DNA from: a virus
Taxonomy: Duplodnaviria; Caudoviricetes
DNA length: 52,875 nucleotides
Reading direction: 5' to 3' (one strand)
Virus record (IMG/VR): IMGVR_UViG_3300044478_000026
Coordinates: 1-52,875 of that record
Numbering within the stretch: the first letter of the stretch is position 1; every line of letters starts with the position of its first letter. The notes under the pieces were generated by a model. That model was not told where the DNA came from, searched no databases, and worked only from the letters and a program-made list of their open reading frames with translations. Positions 18,709 through 28,176 of this stretch are shown here, piece after piece. The position numbers and the translations under genes were made by a program.

Positions 18709-20126
18709 GTCTCCGCGAGGTTCATCACCTTGAAGAGCGTCATCCGCAGCCTGCGGCTGAAGTCGATGTCCTTGAGGAGCTTCTCCTCGATTTCGCCCTT
18801 CGTCTTGTAGTCCTCGCCCATGCAAAGCCACGACGACCCCTCCTTGCGAACGAGCCCAACCTTCTGAGCTTCGACCATCACCATGTCCTCGTCCGCCACC
18901 TCGCCCTTCCTCTTGGTCTCGGTGTCCCTCAGAACGAGCCGGATGGTGCCGCCCACCTTGGGCACCGCCGACTTGTTCTTCTCGACGTCGAAGCCCATGT
19001 CCACCCAGAGCGGCTTGGGGTGATTCGGGTCCTCGGCGTCCGCCTCCTTCTCGAACTCGAACTTGCCGGGGCGCATCCGCACCTCAGCAGCGGACGCGAA
19101 GCCGGGCGCGAGCCCGCCGGGCTGCGTCTCGGGATTGCCGAACATCACGCCCAGCTTCATGCGGATCTGGTTCGTGAGGAAGACGGTCGGACGCCGCTCA
19201 CTGTCGAGCGCCACCGCATTGATGCCGGAGACGAACTTTCGCGTGCCCTTCCCGATGACACGCGGCTGCACACCCATCGTCTCCTTCTCGGTGGACTCCT
19301 CGATTTCCTTCTGCGGCGTGAGGAAGGCGATGGAGTCGAGCACCAGCACGTCGCAGTTGCCGGAGCGCACGAGCGCGTCGCCGATGTCGAGCGACTGCTC
19401 CGCGTACTCAGGCTGCGAGAGGAGCAGCTTGTCGAGGTTGACCCCGAGACGCTCTGCCCACGGCTTGTCGAAGGTGCCCTCGACGTCGATGAAGCCGCAG
19501 ACACACTCGCGGTACTTCTCACACGCACACTTGGGCTTGATGCGCGCACCGCGCTCCCAACCCTTCACGCGCGTGCCGTCCTCCTTCGTGTACCAAGACG
19601 GCGTCAACTCGACGAACTTGTCGTCCTCGCCGTCCCAGCGGTCCACCGGGCGCACCGTCCAGACCTTCTTGGGCTTGTCGAGCTTCTTCACCTCGCCGGT
19701 CGCGGCGTCCACCTCCTCATCCACCTCCACCTCCTTCAGCCACTCGACGAAGCTCCAGCAGTTGCTGCACATATGCTGGGCCTGCGCGAGCGTCTTCAGG
19801 AGCGTGTACGTCTTCCCGGCGGACTTCATGCCGAAGATGGTGTTCACGCGCCCCTGCGGCCACCCTCCACCCAACGCGAGGTCGAGCGGAAAGATGCCGG
19901 ACGGGATGCGGAAGCTCTTGGCGACTCGCACGTCGGAGGCGGTCGTCAGGATGGTCGCGCCGTGGTCCTGCTTGATCTTCTGGAAAGCCTTGCTGCCCAG
20001 AATCTTCTGCCACCGCCCCTTCGGCGCGTTCGCCAGCTCCTGTTCGAGCGCGGACGCCTCCTCCGCCTTCTCTTCCTTGGTCTTCTTCGGTTCCGGCGCT
20101 TCTTCGACCTTCTTCTTCCTCGGCAT
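18684..20126 (-). CDS. recA: RecA recombinase with insertion
   Basis: IPSGIFPLDLALGGG, GMKSAGKT, FIDVE, LVLDSIA, TNQIRMKLGVMFGNPETQPGG. Confidence 0.95.
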   Translation of the reverse strand: MPRKKKVEEAPEPKKTKEEKAEEASALEQELANAPKGRWQKILGSKAFQKIKQDHGATILTTASDVRVAKSFRIPSGIFPLDLALGGGWPQGRVNTIFGMKSAGKTYTLLKTLAQAQHMCSNCWSFVEWLKEVEVDEEVDAATGEVKKLDKPKKVWTVRPVDRWDGEDDKFVELTPSWYTKEDGTRVKGWERGARIKPKCACEKYRECVCGFIDVEGTFDKPWAERLGVNLDKLLLSQPEYAEQSLDIGDALVRSGNCDVLVLDSIAFLTPQKEIEESTEKETMGVQPRVIGKGTRKFVSGINAVALDSERRPTVFLTNQIRMKLGVMFGNPETQPGGLAPGFASAAEVRMRPGKFEFEKEADAEDPNHPKPLWVDMGFDVEKNKSAVPKVGGTIRLVLRDTETKRKGEVADEDMVMVEAQKVGLVRKEGSSWLCMGEDYKTKGEIEEKLLKDIDFSRRLRMTLFKVMNLAETWEETPEQ

Positions 20127-20134
20127 GGTTGCTC

Positions 20135-20185
20135 CTCAGTCGCTAGAACGGCGAGTTGCTCAGTCGCTAGAACGGCGAGTTGCTC
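20135..20185. repeat. Tandem duplication of 24 bp (CTCAGTCGCTAGAACGGCGAGTTG x2)
   Basis: Exact copies at 20135-20158 and 20159-20182. Confidence 0.9.
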
Positions 20186-20583
20186 TTCTTCATCGCCTGA
20201 ATGTCAGCCACCTCGGTCTTGACCTTCTCTTCGACCCAGTTCTTGGCCCACTCGTAGGCGGACTCGACCTCTTCCCGGTAGCAGGGCACCGTCACCGACA
20301 CGGAAATCCGAGCCGACTCGAAGTTCCCCGTGTTGATGGTCAGCCCGAGATCCACCCCAACCGTCGCAGGGGCAGTAACGAAGCGATGCACCGCGAGCTT
20401 CTCCTCCTTGACCTCCGGCGGAGCCGCATCAGCCCACGACTTGTCGCCTGCCTTCTTGAACTGGCGGGAGACCACCACCTCGACGGGAGCGTTCTTCTCC
20501 ATGAGAAGTCGCTGCTCCCACGACTGTTCCGCCATGCCCAGAACCTTCAGCGCCTGAGCGAGCGCATCCTTTGCCGCAGCCAT
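20167..20583 (-). CDS. Conserved-looking phage hypothetical protein
   Basis: TINTGNFESARISV motif; GGAGG SD before ATG 20583. Confidence 0.75.
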   Translation of the reverse strand: MAAAKDALAQALKVLGMAEQSWEQRLLMEKNAPVEVVVSRQFKKAGDKSWADAAPPEVKEEKLAVHRFVTAPATVGVDLGLTINTGNFESARISVSVTVPCYREEVESAYEWAKNWVEEKVKTEVADIQAMKKSNSPF

Positions 20584-20612
20584 TGTCCGTACCTCCAGTC
20601 CTGCGTCCGTGT

Positions 20613-21446
20613 TCAACCCACCAACTGAGCTTTCCCGCCGAACATCTTCGCCTTCCGCCAGCCCTCCTCGATGGAGGACCGGAACTGCTTCCACGCCTCA
20701 GACCGAGGCGCAGCACTCAACTCCCGCGCCACGAAGGCGGCTTTCACCACCTCCAACATCTCCTCGGTGTAGAGCCGCCGACCGACCGAAGAACCCCGGT
20801 AGGGCGTCTCCGGCAGGTAGTTCTTTCGCTCCATCTGCGACACCGTCACCACGGTCTTGCCGACCTTGTCCGCCAGCGCCCCGATGGTGAACATCGGCAG
20901 ACTGACACGCCGACCGTCCGACAGTTGGAGCATCCGAGGCTCGTTCTTGGCGGCGCGCTCGGCGCGCACATCCGGAAGCCGACCCTTCGCCTTGAGGATG
21001 TCGTGGATCTTCTGAATGTCATCGACCGTGTAGAGCCGGTCGCCGTTCGGACCACGAACCGACGCCTGCGGAATGACGCCATCCTTCTCCCACAGTCGAA
21101 TCGCCTGAACCGACACCCGGAGGCTGCCCGCGAACGCCCCGACCGTGCAGAGCGTCATCGGCTTCCCGTCGATTTCCATCCGAACGGTCTTCCACTTGGG
21201 ACGCTGCCTCGTGAGCAGCTCGCCGGACCCAGCACCCTTCGGGGCGAGGGCCGCGAGCTTGGCTGCACGCTTCTCCGCTCGCTGCTGCGCGCGGTACTGC
21301 CGGTTCCGCTCCAGCACTTCCTTCCGGTACGCAGGGTCGTTCTTGTAGCGGCTGCGGCGCAGCTTGTTGAAGCTGGCGGAGTTTTCCTTGTACCACCGCT
21401 GGAACTTCTCGCTGCTCTCGGCAGCGTTCGGCTTCTCGTCGCTCAC
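20613..21446 (-). CDS. Regulator with two MerR-type HTH domains
   Basis: TVGAFAGSLRVSVQAIRLWEKDGVIP...GDRLYT and FTIGALADKVGKTVVTVSQMERKNYLP...GRRLYT; GTG 21446 with GGAGG SD. Confidence 0.85.
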   Translation of the reverse strand: MSDEKPNAAESSEKFQRWYKENSASFNKLRRSRYKNDPAYRKEVLERNRQYRAQQRAEKRAAKLAALAPKGAGSGELLTRQRPKWKTVRMEIDGKPMTLCTVGAFAGSLRVSVQAIRLWEKDGVIPQASVRGPNGDRLYTVDDIQKIHDILKAKGRLPDVRAERAAKNEPRMLQLSDGRRVSLPMFTIGALADKVGKTVVTVSQMERKNYLPETPYRGSSVGRRLYTEEMLEVVKAAFVARELSAAPRSEAWKQFRSSIEEGWRKAKMFGGKAQLVG

Positions 21447-21465
21447 GTCTGATTCCTCCGTAGGC

Positions 21466-21494
21466 GTGGTAGCAGGCATAACCTCAATCGTCAA
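21466..21494 (-). promoter_or_regulatory. Promoter TTGACG-N17-TACCAC
   Basis: -35 overlaps the helicase stop codon; precedes the MerR gene. Confidence 0.55.
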
Positions 21495-22834
21495 CTTACC
21501 TTCTGGTAGTACCGGTCGCGCGACTCACCCTGCTTCACGCAGTACGTGAGTCGATCATCCCGGAAGTCCACTACCACCGGCTCCTTCTTTCCTTCATACG
21601 GGCGCAGAATGCGACCAACCGCTTGTTCCACGTCGGACATCGGCGTCGTCAGGAACAACGTGTCGAGCGCCGGAATGTCCAAGCCCTCTTCGGCGAACTG
21701 CCGGGTAGCGAAGATGACCTGCTTCTTGGCAGCCACGTCCAAGGCGTCTTCCGTCATGCCCCCGACGTAGTACCCGATACTGGGCAGCGGCTCAGTCTCT
21801 TCCTTCCACTGCTCCTTCAGCTCGTTCTCCATCGCCGTCAGGTGCGCGAGCCGCTCCGACAGGACCAGCACCTTGCGCCCCGCACTCAGCGCGAGCACCA
21901 GTTGCTTGCCGATGAGCTTGTTGCGCGCCTTGTTGGCGCACATGAACTTGAGCAGCAGGGACTTGGGGATGAGCGACGGGTTCAACGTCGGCGTCTTGAT
22001 GAGGTTGAACTCGGTCCACACGCGCCGCACCTTCGGCTTCATCCGCTGCTCCGAGGCGGAGAAGAGGATGTCCCCGATGTGGTAGTAGAAGACGTTGTCG
22101 CTGCCGTCCTTCCGGCGCGGCGTCGCGGTGATGCCTAGCCGCCACTTCGCCTTGAACTTCGGAGGCACCTGAGACCACGTCGCCGCTCCGATGCGGTGGG
22201 TCTCGTCGGTGATGACGAGTCCGGGCCACTGGTAGAACGCGGAGCCGTAGTCACGCCCCACCAACGAGTGAACCATCGCCAGCGCGATGTGCTTACCCTT
22301 GAAGTCGCAGGTGTCCTCCTGCACGTACCCGACCTGAGCGCCCGGCAGAAACTGCTCGATGCGCTCACGCCACTGGTTCATCAGGAACTCCTTGTGGACC
22401 ACCACGAGCGTCGGAACCTGCATCTCAGCGGTGAGCGCCGCCGACCACACCGTCTTTCCCCATCCCGGCGAGGCTCGGAGGATGCCGCCGTACACCCCCG
22501 CCCGGAACTGGTCGGACACGGAACGAAGCGCCCGCGCCTGCTCTTCACGAAGGCTGCCGGAGAACTTCAGAGGTCCGCCCCAGAGGTCTTTGCGCCCCTC
22601 GGTGACGTCGAACTCGACCTCGTGCTGCGGCTTGCGATTGGCGAGGTAGTACTGCCGCGCGACACCGATGTACTCCGTTTCCTCGCGGTAGAGCCGGATG
22701 GGGCTCGGCGGGTCGCCGGGGTGGTCGCCCACCTTCCTCGGCATGACAGTGAGCTTGGCGCGCAGCAAACGGAGTTGGTTGTCCCCGAAGTCTGCCTTCC
22801 GCAGCCACGCCCATCCGTCGATGCGGACCTTCAT
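21491..22834 (-). CDS. SF2 DExH helicase (UvsW/Rad25-like)
   Basis: LREEQ, SPGWGKT, ITDETH, GITATP, EGLDIP, QAVGRILR. Confidence 0.93.
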   Translation of the reverse strand: MKVRIDGWAWLRKADFGDNQLRLLRAKLTVMPRKVGDHPGDPPSPIRLYREETEYIGVARQYYLANRKPQHEVEFDVTEGRKDLWGGPLKFSGSLREEQARALRSVSDQFRAGVYGGILRASPGWGKTVWSAALTAEMQVPTLVVVHKEFLMNQWRERIEQFLPGAQVGYVQEDTCDFKGKHIALAMVHSLVGRDYGSAFYQWPGLVITDETHRIGAATWSQVPPKFKAKWRLGITATPRRKDGSDNVFYYHIGDILFSASEQRMKPKVRRVWTEFNLIKTPTLNPSLIPKSLLLKFMCANKARNKLIGKQLVLALSAGRKVLVLSERLAHLTAMENELKEQWKEETEPLPSIGYYVGGMTEDALDVAAKKQVIFATRQFAEEGLDIPALDTLFLTTPMSDVEQAVGRILRPYEGKKEPVVVDFRDDRLTYCVKQGESRDRYYQKVS

Positions 22835-23076
22835 CTGCCGAACCTCGACAACGCTCCGCCGGGGCTCTGCTCGACGCCCTGCTGGAACTCGACTTCTCCG
22901 CGCACGGAGTCCGCCCACGTCACCGGGGGCAGCCGCTCCTCCGCGCCAACCGCCATCCACTGCACGACCACGCGCCGCCGCTTCCCGCCAGCCTCTGCGT
23001 AGGCGATGAGGCGCGGCTCGTTCAGGAACAGGGTGGCAGCCAGCAACTTCACGTTCGCCTCCACAGACCGGACCAT
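22831..23076 (-). CDS. Hypothetical protein
   Basis: GAGGA SD; ATGA coupling to the helicase. Confidence 0.55.
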   Translation of the reverse strand: MVRSVEANVKLLAATLFLNEPRLIAYAEAGGKRRRVVVQWMAVGAEERLPPVTWADSVRGEVEFQQGVEQSPGGALSRFGR

Positions 23077-23083
23077 GTGGTCC
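23070..23083. promoter_or_regulatory. Dispersed palindromic motif copy 3
   Basis: GGACCATGTGGTCC overlapping the SD/ATG of 22831-23076. Confidence 0.6.
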
Positions 23084-23147
23084 TCAAAGCGGAAGAGCCG
23101 CGCAGGTCACTCCTACGCGGCTCCTCCAGCATCAGAACGTCACGGGC

Positions 23148-23933
23148 TCAGAACGGAACGTCCTCGTCTGCGCCGTTCTTCGCACCGCCGTCGGAGTCGC
23201 CGGACTCCACCTCGACGCCAGCGAGGATGCTGCGCACCTCGGCGGGGGTCTTGGGGGCGAGCAGCTCCTCGTAGTTGAACGGAACGAGCTTGGGGATGAA
23301 CTTCCCGTCCTCGGACTTCTGGACTTGGAAGTACCGCGTCAGCCACTTCGCCGCCTCCGCGTCACCGCCGTTCGCCTTGGTGAACATCTCCTTGAGCGAC
23401 TTGCCCTTGAAGTTCGCCAGCTCGAAGAGCTTCGCCGGGTCCACCTCGCGGAGCTGCTCGAACTCGTCACCGACGTTCGGCGACTTGTCGTCGAGCCGCG
23501 TGCTCTTCCAGAGGATGCCGGTGATGGGCTTCGTCTGGGTCCGCATCTCGAAGCGCTTCACCGTCTTGTGCTTGCCGGGGAAGAACTTCAGCTCGTACTG
23601 GTGCGTGTTGCCCTTCTTGTCCGTCCACTTCGTGCAGTCCACGACGGTCCAGTAGCCGACGTAGTACTTGCTCTTCGCGCCGAGCTTCTCGCAGCAGACC
23701 GGGTCGTACATGCCGGTGAGGCAGGTGATCCAGTTCTTCCACTCGCCGTTGATCTTCGGGTTGTGCTCGTAGAGCGTGACCGGCTCGTTGTCCACGAACA
23801 CGAACTCCGCCGAACCACCGGACTTGATCCAGATTCGGTTGGGTCCGTACATCGTGGCGAGGCGCTGCTCTTCCTGCTTCGCGCTGTCGTAGCCAGTGCT
23901 GAACCACTTCTTCTTCTGCGTCTGAGCTTCCAT
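23148..23933 (-). CDS. Phage-type ssDNA-binding protein (gp32-like) with DEDVPF tail
   Basis: H...C...CC potential Zn site, aromatic-rich core, acidic C-terminus ADEDVPF, replication-cluster context. Confidence 0.65.
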   Translation of the reverse strand: MEAQTQKKKWFSTGYDSAKQEEQRLATMYGPNRIWIKSGGSAEFVFVDNEPVTLYEHNPKINGEWKNWITCLTGMYDPVCCEKLGAKSKYYVGYWTVVDCTKWTDKKGNTHQYELKFFPGKHKTVKRFEMRTQTKPITGILWKSTRLDDKSPNVGDEFEQLREVDPAKLFELANFKGKSLKEMFTKANGGDAEAAKWLTRYFQVQKSEDGKFIPKLVPFNYEELLAPKTPAEVRSILAGVEVESGDSDGGAKNGADEDVPF

Positions 23934-23979
23934 TTTCTAGTTCTCGCTTCTAGGTCTTGAGGTTGGTTGGTACTTCGCT

Positions 23980-24291
23980 TCAGAACGGGTGCTTCTGTTT
24001 CTCGGCACCCTTCCCGGACTGCTCTCCTGCTCCCTTCTCCGCCTCAGCGGGCTTCGCGCTCTCGTCCGTAATCGGCTTCTCGTCGAGACAGATGCGCTCG
24101 ACGAACTTCGTGACGACCTCGTCGCACTTACCACAGAGGTCGGTGAAACTGAACATCTGTTTACCTCCCTTGGAGAGCACCAAGGGCTGCGGCTCGTAGG
24201 CAGGCAACCCGTCCGACAGCTTCAGGTTGCGGCTATCGAACGGCTTGCCGCAGCGGTCACACGTCTTGTGGAACACGAGGTGAACGGCCAT
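23980..24291 (-). CDS. Zn-binding protein (CDRC...DLCGKC)
   Basis: Two CxxC pairs; own promoter upstream. Confidence 0.7.
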   Translation of the reverse strand: MAVHLVFHKTCDRCGKPFDSRNLKLSDGLPAYEPQPLVLSKGGKQMFSFTDLCGKCDEVVTKFVERICLDEKPITDESAKPAEAEKGAGEQSGKGAEKQKHPF

Positions 24292-24299
24292 GCCGAGTT

Positions 24300-24328
24300 T
24301 TCCTACTAGGTGAACTTCGTGTTGTCAA
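24300..24328 (-). promoter_or_regulatory. Promoter TTGACA-N17-TAGGAA
   Basis: -35 contains the TGA stop of 24325-24534. Confidence 0.55.
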
Positions 24329-24534
24329 TCGAAGACGATGTGAACTTCGAGGTCCGGCTGCTCTCCACGGTCCATGTGAACCTTGAGCCTGTCATACACC
24401 TCGGAGCTGACATTCAGGACGACCGACCCGGCTGCGTCACCTCGAAACACCACCTGCGCCGAGTACTTGGGGCCAAGCCCGAGCGCCTCACCCGGACTCT
24501 GCTGAAGCTGAACAACGCGCGCGTGGAGCTTCAT
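24325..24534 (-). CDS. Hypothetical protein
   Basis: ATGA coupling with primase. Confidence 0.6.
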   Translation of the reverse strand: MKLHARVVQLQQSPGEALGLGPKYSAQVVFRGDAAGSVVLNVSSEVYDRLKVHMDRGEQPDLEVHIVFD

Positions 24535-25622
24535 GGCTCTCCCAGAAAGAGGCGCGCATCATCGCGCGAGAAGTCATCAGGATCCATTCCTTGAGGCGTC
24601 GGAACGATGTGCGCCGGGAGACGCACGCTCAACTGCTCGAACATCTTCTGCGACGCCTCGTAGCCGGGCTTGTCTCCGTCCGGCACGATGAGCACGTTGT
24701 CGAAGTACCGGACGATCTTCTCGATCTGAAACTCCGACAGGTGGCTGCCCATCACCGCACCCGCCCTGTACCCGTAATCAACGAGCCTCCACACGTCGAA
24801 GAAGCCCTCCACCACGCACAGTGTGCCGCCCTTCCCGTACTCCCAGAGGTGCTCACCGTACAGGTAGAAGTCCCGACGGAACCCCTTCGCGTGCATGTAC
24901 TTCGGCTTCACGCTGTCGCTGAACGCACGCCCGGAGTACCCGACCAGTCGCTTCTGGACGTCGCGCACCGGAATCATGATGCGCCCGTACTTCGCGTCCC
25001 AACCCACCTCCCAGAGCTTCAACATCTGCGGAGTCGTGTGTCGCGCGTGCAGCAGGTACTCCAGTACCTCCCCAGCAGGCTCTCGCCACTTCGATAGCGC
25101 GTCCTCCGGGAGTACCTGCAAGTCACGCTCACCGACCTTCATCTGGAGGCTCAACTGCACGCCACGAATTCCGGCGATTTCCTTGTTGGGGTCGGAGACC
25201 GACTCCACCGGAGCGGGAGGCGGCAAGTCTGGGCTGCTCGCCTTGGCTGCCCGCCACGCCTCACGCTGCGCGAGCGCCGCCTCCTGTCCCGCGTGCTTCG
25301 CCTTGATTTTCTCGATGAGGCTCCCGAACGTCGGACCGTTGTTCTGCTCGACGAAGACGATGAGGTCGCTGACCTTCCGGTGCGACGCACTCTGGAACTT
25401 GTACATCAGCTCCAACAACGACCCGGAGAAGTTGCAGGCGTGACACTTCGCGCCGCTGATACCCGAGTCGTCCACCATCACCGTGAAGCTCGGGTGCGCG
25501 TCCACGCGCTTCGCGTGCGTGTACGGCGCAAGCGGACACGACGAGTAGACGTGCTGCCCGCTCTGGTGGATGCGCGTGCTCCCCAACCGCGAAAGGAGCG
25601 TCTGGATGTTCGAGGCGTTCAT
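24531..25622 (-). CDS. dnaG: DNA primase (Zn finger plus TOPRIM)
   Basis: CPL..H...CHAC; RIMIPVRD..LVGYSGR..PKY; VVEGFFD; PDGDKPG; DPDD. Confidence 0.92.
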   Translation of the reverse strand: MNASNIQTLLSRLGSTRIHQSGQHVYSSCPLAPYTHAKRVDAHPSFTVMVDDSGISGAKCHACNFSGSLLELMYKFQSASHRKVSDLIVFVEQNNGPTFGSLIEKIKAKHAGQEAALAQREAWRAAKASSPDLPPPAPVESVSDPNKEIAGIRGVQLSLQMKVGERDLQVLPEDALSKWREPAGEVLEYLLHARHTTPQMLKLWEVGWDAKYGRIMIPVRDVQKRLVGYSGRAFSDSVKPKYMHAKGFRRDFYLYGEHLWEYGKGGTLCVVEGFFDVWRLVDYGYRAGAVMGSHLSEFQIEKIVRYFDNVLIVPDGDKPGYEASQKMFEQLSVRLPAHIVPTPQGMDPDDFSRDDARLFLGEP

Positions 25623-25942
25623 CCGCGCTTCTCCGACGACTTGATCGGCGGCGGTGCCACGAACTTCCTGTAGAGCACGTCGAACTTCCGTGACACGAGG
25701 AACTTCCCATCCAGCCGGTGACGCACTTCACGCAAGAGTCCACGGCCCGTAGGCACAGGTCCCACCGCCGTCTGACGCAGAAAGCCGTACTCCTTGAAGC
25801 GAGACTGGGCGATCTCTAGCGCAGCGAGGAAGCGGTCCTTCGGACTTCCCTTGATCTTCTTGTCCTCAAGAATCGCCATCGTGGCGTGCTTGATCATCGT
25901 GGGAATCAGCAGCGGGTTGGGCGGATTGGGAGTCGTCGCCAT
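25619..25942 (-). CDS. Hypothetical protein
   Basis: GAGGA SD; coupled between dnaB and primase. Confidence 0.7.
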   Translation of the reverse strand: MATTPNPPNPLLIPTMIKHATMAILEDKKIKGSPKDRFLAALEIAQSRFKEYGFLRQTAVGPVPTGRGLLREVRHRLDGKFLVSRKFDVLYRKFVAPPPIKSSEKRG

Positions 25943-25950
25943 GCGTCCTC

Positions 25951-27288
25951 CTAGAAAGGCACCTCGTCGGGGTTACCGGCGAACGGGTCGCCCGAGTCCA
26001 GCTCGGCGGCGTCACTCCCGCCGCCCCCACCAGTTCCTCCAGACGGACCTGCCGCCTTGGGCAACTCGGAGAAGTCCATCGTGTCGAAGTTCCAGTTGCA
26101 CTCGATCTCCTCGCTCTCGCCCTCGCGCACCTTGAGCGGCTTGAGCATGAGCCGATGGTTCTTCCGCATCTCTTCGGTCTGGATGAGGCCGTAGATGAGG
26201 TCGGCGTTCCAGCCCGCCACGTCCGAGAGCGCGATGTTCTCCGCCTGCACCGTCTTCGCTTGGTTCGTCTTCACCTCGCGGTTGAACTGCATCGTCACGA
26301 GGATGGGCACCTTGCGGCGCTTATTGATGCGCTTCAACTCGTCGAAGGCGTTCGCCGCGCGCTCCTGCCGCGTGAGCCCATGCACCTTCAACAGGTACGC
26401 ACCGTCGAGAACGACGATGTCCGCGTTGCACTCCTCGATGGCCGCATCGAAGCTCTCCATCGAGAAGTCGAAGTTGCCGCCGACGATGTTGAAGTTCGGC
26501 GAGTTCACGAACTGCTCCACGCCCTCGTAGAGCTTCTTCTCCAAGAACGTGCCCAACTTGCCGGTGCGCAACGCCTTGTACGGCAGCTTGAGCTTGATGG
26601 CGTACCAGCGCATGGCGATGCGCTGCTTCGCCATTTCCGTCGTCGCGTAGAGCACGCGCACCGGGCGCTTCGTGCCGTCCGGGTTGAGAATCTCCTGCTC
26701 CCACGCCGTTCCGGCGAGCATGATGCTCGTCCACGTCTTTCCGATGCCGAGGCGCGCAACGAAGAGCGCCAAGTCCTCCGGCCAGAAACCCATCGTCGCG
26801 TCGTTGATGGTCTTCCACGGCGACAAGATGCCTGTCGCCCCGCCCTTGATGCGCTCGTAGTACTCGATGACGCTCGGACCCAGCGCGGGGAGACTTTCCA
26901 CCAGCGCGCCAGCGAGGCGCTCCTTCCGCATGTCCCGGAGGAACTGGTCAATGAGCGTGAGGCTCTCCTGCGGCGCGGTCTGGAGCCGCGTCGCCACCTC
27001 CATCAGTGCCTTCTCGACTCGGCGAGTGACGTGGCGGTCGAGGACCTTGTCCGCCCAGTAATCCACCGTGCCCTGCATCTGCGTGTCGAGCGCGACGCCC
27101 GTTCCGTTGGAGACGATTTCCATCGCCGGAACTTCGCCGTCCTTCTTGGTCCGCTCGATGATGAACGCGAGGGCCTTCCCGCCTTCCTCCACGACGAAGT
27201 CCGTCGAGACGCCCTTTTCCACGAGACGGCGCAGTCCCGCTTTCCCCTCGCGGAGCACCGCGACCACCAACGCCTTGTCGATGTCCAT
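25951..27288 (-). CDS. dnaB: DnaB-like replicative helicase
   Basis: ARLGIGKT, LYATTEM, VVLDGAYL, MQFNRE, ADLIYGL, LKVREG. Confidence 0.93.
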   Translation of the reverse strand: MDIDKALVVAVLREGKAGLRRLVEKGVSTDFVVEEGGKALAFIIERTKKDGEVPAMEIVSNGTGVALDTQMQGTVDYWADKVLDRHVTRRVEKALMEVATRLQTAPQESLTLIDQFLRDMRKERLAGALVESLPALGPSVIEYYERIKGGATGILSPWKTINDATMGFWPEDLALFVARLGIGKTWTSIMLAGTAWEQEILNPDGTKRPVRVLYATTEMAKQRIAMRWYAIKLKLPYKALRTGKLGTFLEKKLYEGVEQFVNSPNFNIVGGNFDFSMESFDAAIEECNADIVVLDGAYLLKVHGLTRQERAANAFDELKRINKRRKVPILVTMQFNREVKTNQAKTVQAENIALSDVAGWNADLIYGLIQTEEMRKNHRLMLKPLKVREGESEEIECNWNFDTMDFSELPKAAGPSGGTGGGGGSDAAELDSGDPFAGNPDEVPF

Positions 27289-27291
27289 GAA

Positions 27292-28095
27292 CTACTTTCC
27301 CCCCTTCGTCCGGGCCTTCGGCTTCGTCTCGTCCTTCGTCTCGTCCTTGGCGTGCAGCTTCTCCGCGAGCTGGTCCATCTTCTTCGCGCGACGGTCCTCG
27401 CCGGTCACCTCCGTCGGCACCAAGTACGGTCCCACGGTCTCGAAGAACGGTCCATGCTTCACGACGACCTTCTGCGGCATCGTCGTCGTCAGCAGCGTCA
27501 CCTTCCGCCGCTGACCCCGTCCAGCCACCAAGTCCATCAGCTCTTCGAGCTTCAGGTACGGCAGCTTGAGGTCGGACTCTCCGAACGAGTCGAGCACCAG
27601 CACGTCCACCTCGCGCACCCGCTCCATGACGGACTGGTCTGCATCGAAGTCGTGCTGAAGTCGAATCGCGTCCCGAAGCTCGCTCGCTCGGATGAAGTAC
27701 CCCGTCTTGAACCGCTCACGCGCCGCCTTCAGCAACACCACCGCAGCAGCGGTCTTCCCCACGCCGGGCGGACCCCACAGGTACAAGCCCGCGCCCTCCC
27801 CCATGAACTCGTCGAAGTTCCGCAGGTAGTTCTTGAGCACGCCCTGCACGCTCGGCGTCGCCGCCGCGTACGTCACGCGCCAGAACTCCTCCGGCACGTT
27901 CATGCGCCGCAGGTCCGTCACCGTCAGCGGGTGACGGCACGCTGCGCAGTTTTCTCGACCCTTGGGAATCGCCCGGAGCTGCTTGCAGGTCGCGCAGGTC
28001 TTCACCTCGAACGGCAGCTCGCCACCCGCGCTCACGCGCGCGAGGGCCTCCAGCCGCTCCCGCTCCATCCGTTTGGCATCAGTCTCGTCCGTCAT
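27292..28095 (-). CDS. DnaC/IstB-like AAA+ helicase loader with N-terminal Zn finger
   Basis: CATC...CAAC; GLYLWGPPGVGKT; VLVLDSFG; TLLTT; VTGEDRR. Confidence 0.88.
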   Translation of the reverse strand: MTDETDAKRMERERLEALARVSAGGELPFEVKTCATCKQLRAIPKGRENCAACRHPLTVTDLRRMNVPEEFWRVTYAAATPSVQGVLKNYLRNFDEFMGEGAGLYLWGPPGVGKTAAAVVLLKAARERFKTGYFIRASELRDAIRLQHDFDADQSVMERVREVDVLVLDSFGESDLKLPYLKLEELMDLVAGRGQRRKVTLLTTTMPQKVVVKHGPFFETVGPYLVPTEVTGEDRRAKKMDQLAEKLHAKDETKDETKPKARTKGGK

Positions 28096-28176
28096 CCGCG
28101 ACCTCTCGTAGAACCCCACAGGAAGGGCTCTGGCTGCCCGCACAAACGCGAAACGACCCCAAGGTGGGGGTCACAC

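Noticed and set aside
19505-19780. Intein in RecA
   Set aside because: No C-terminal His-Asn followed by Cys/Ser/Thr, no recognisable splicing blocks, and it is too short.
28151-28172. GACCCC/GGGGTC hairpin between initiator and loader as a terminator
   Set aside because: 6-bp stem with an interrupted T-tract inside an apparent operon; too weak to call.
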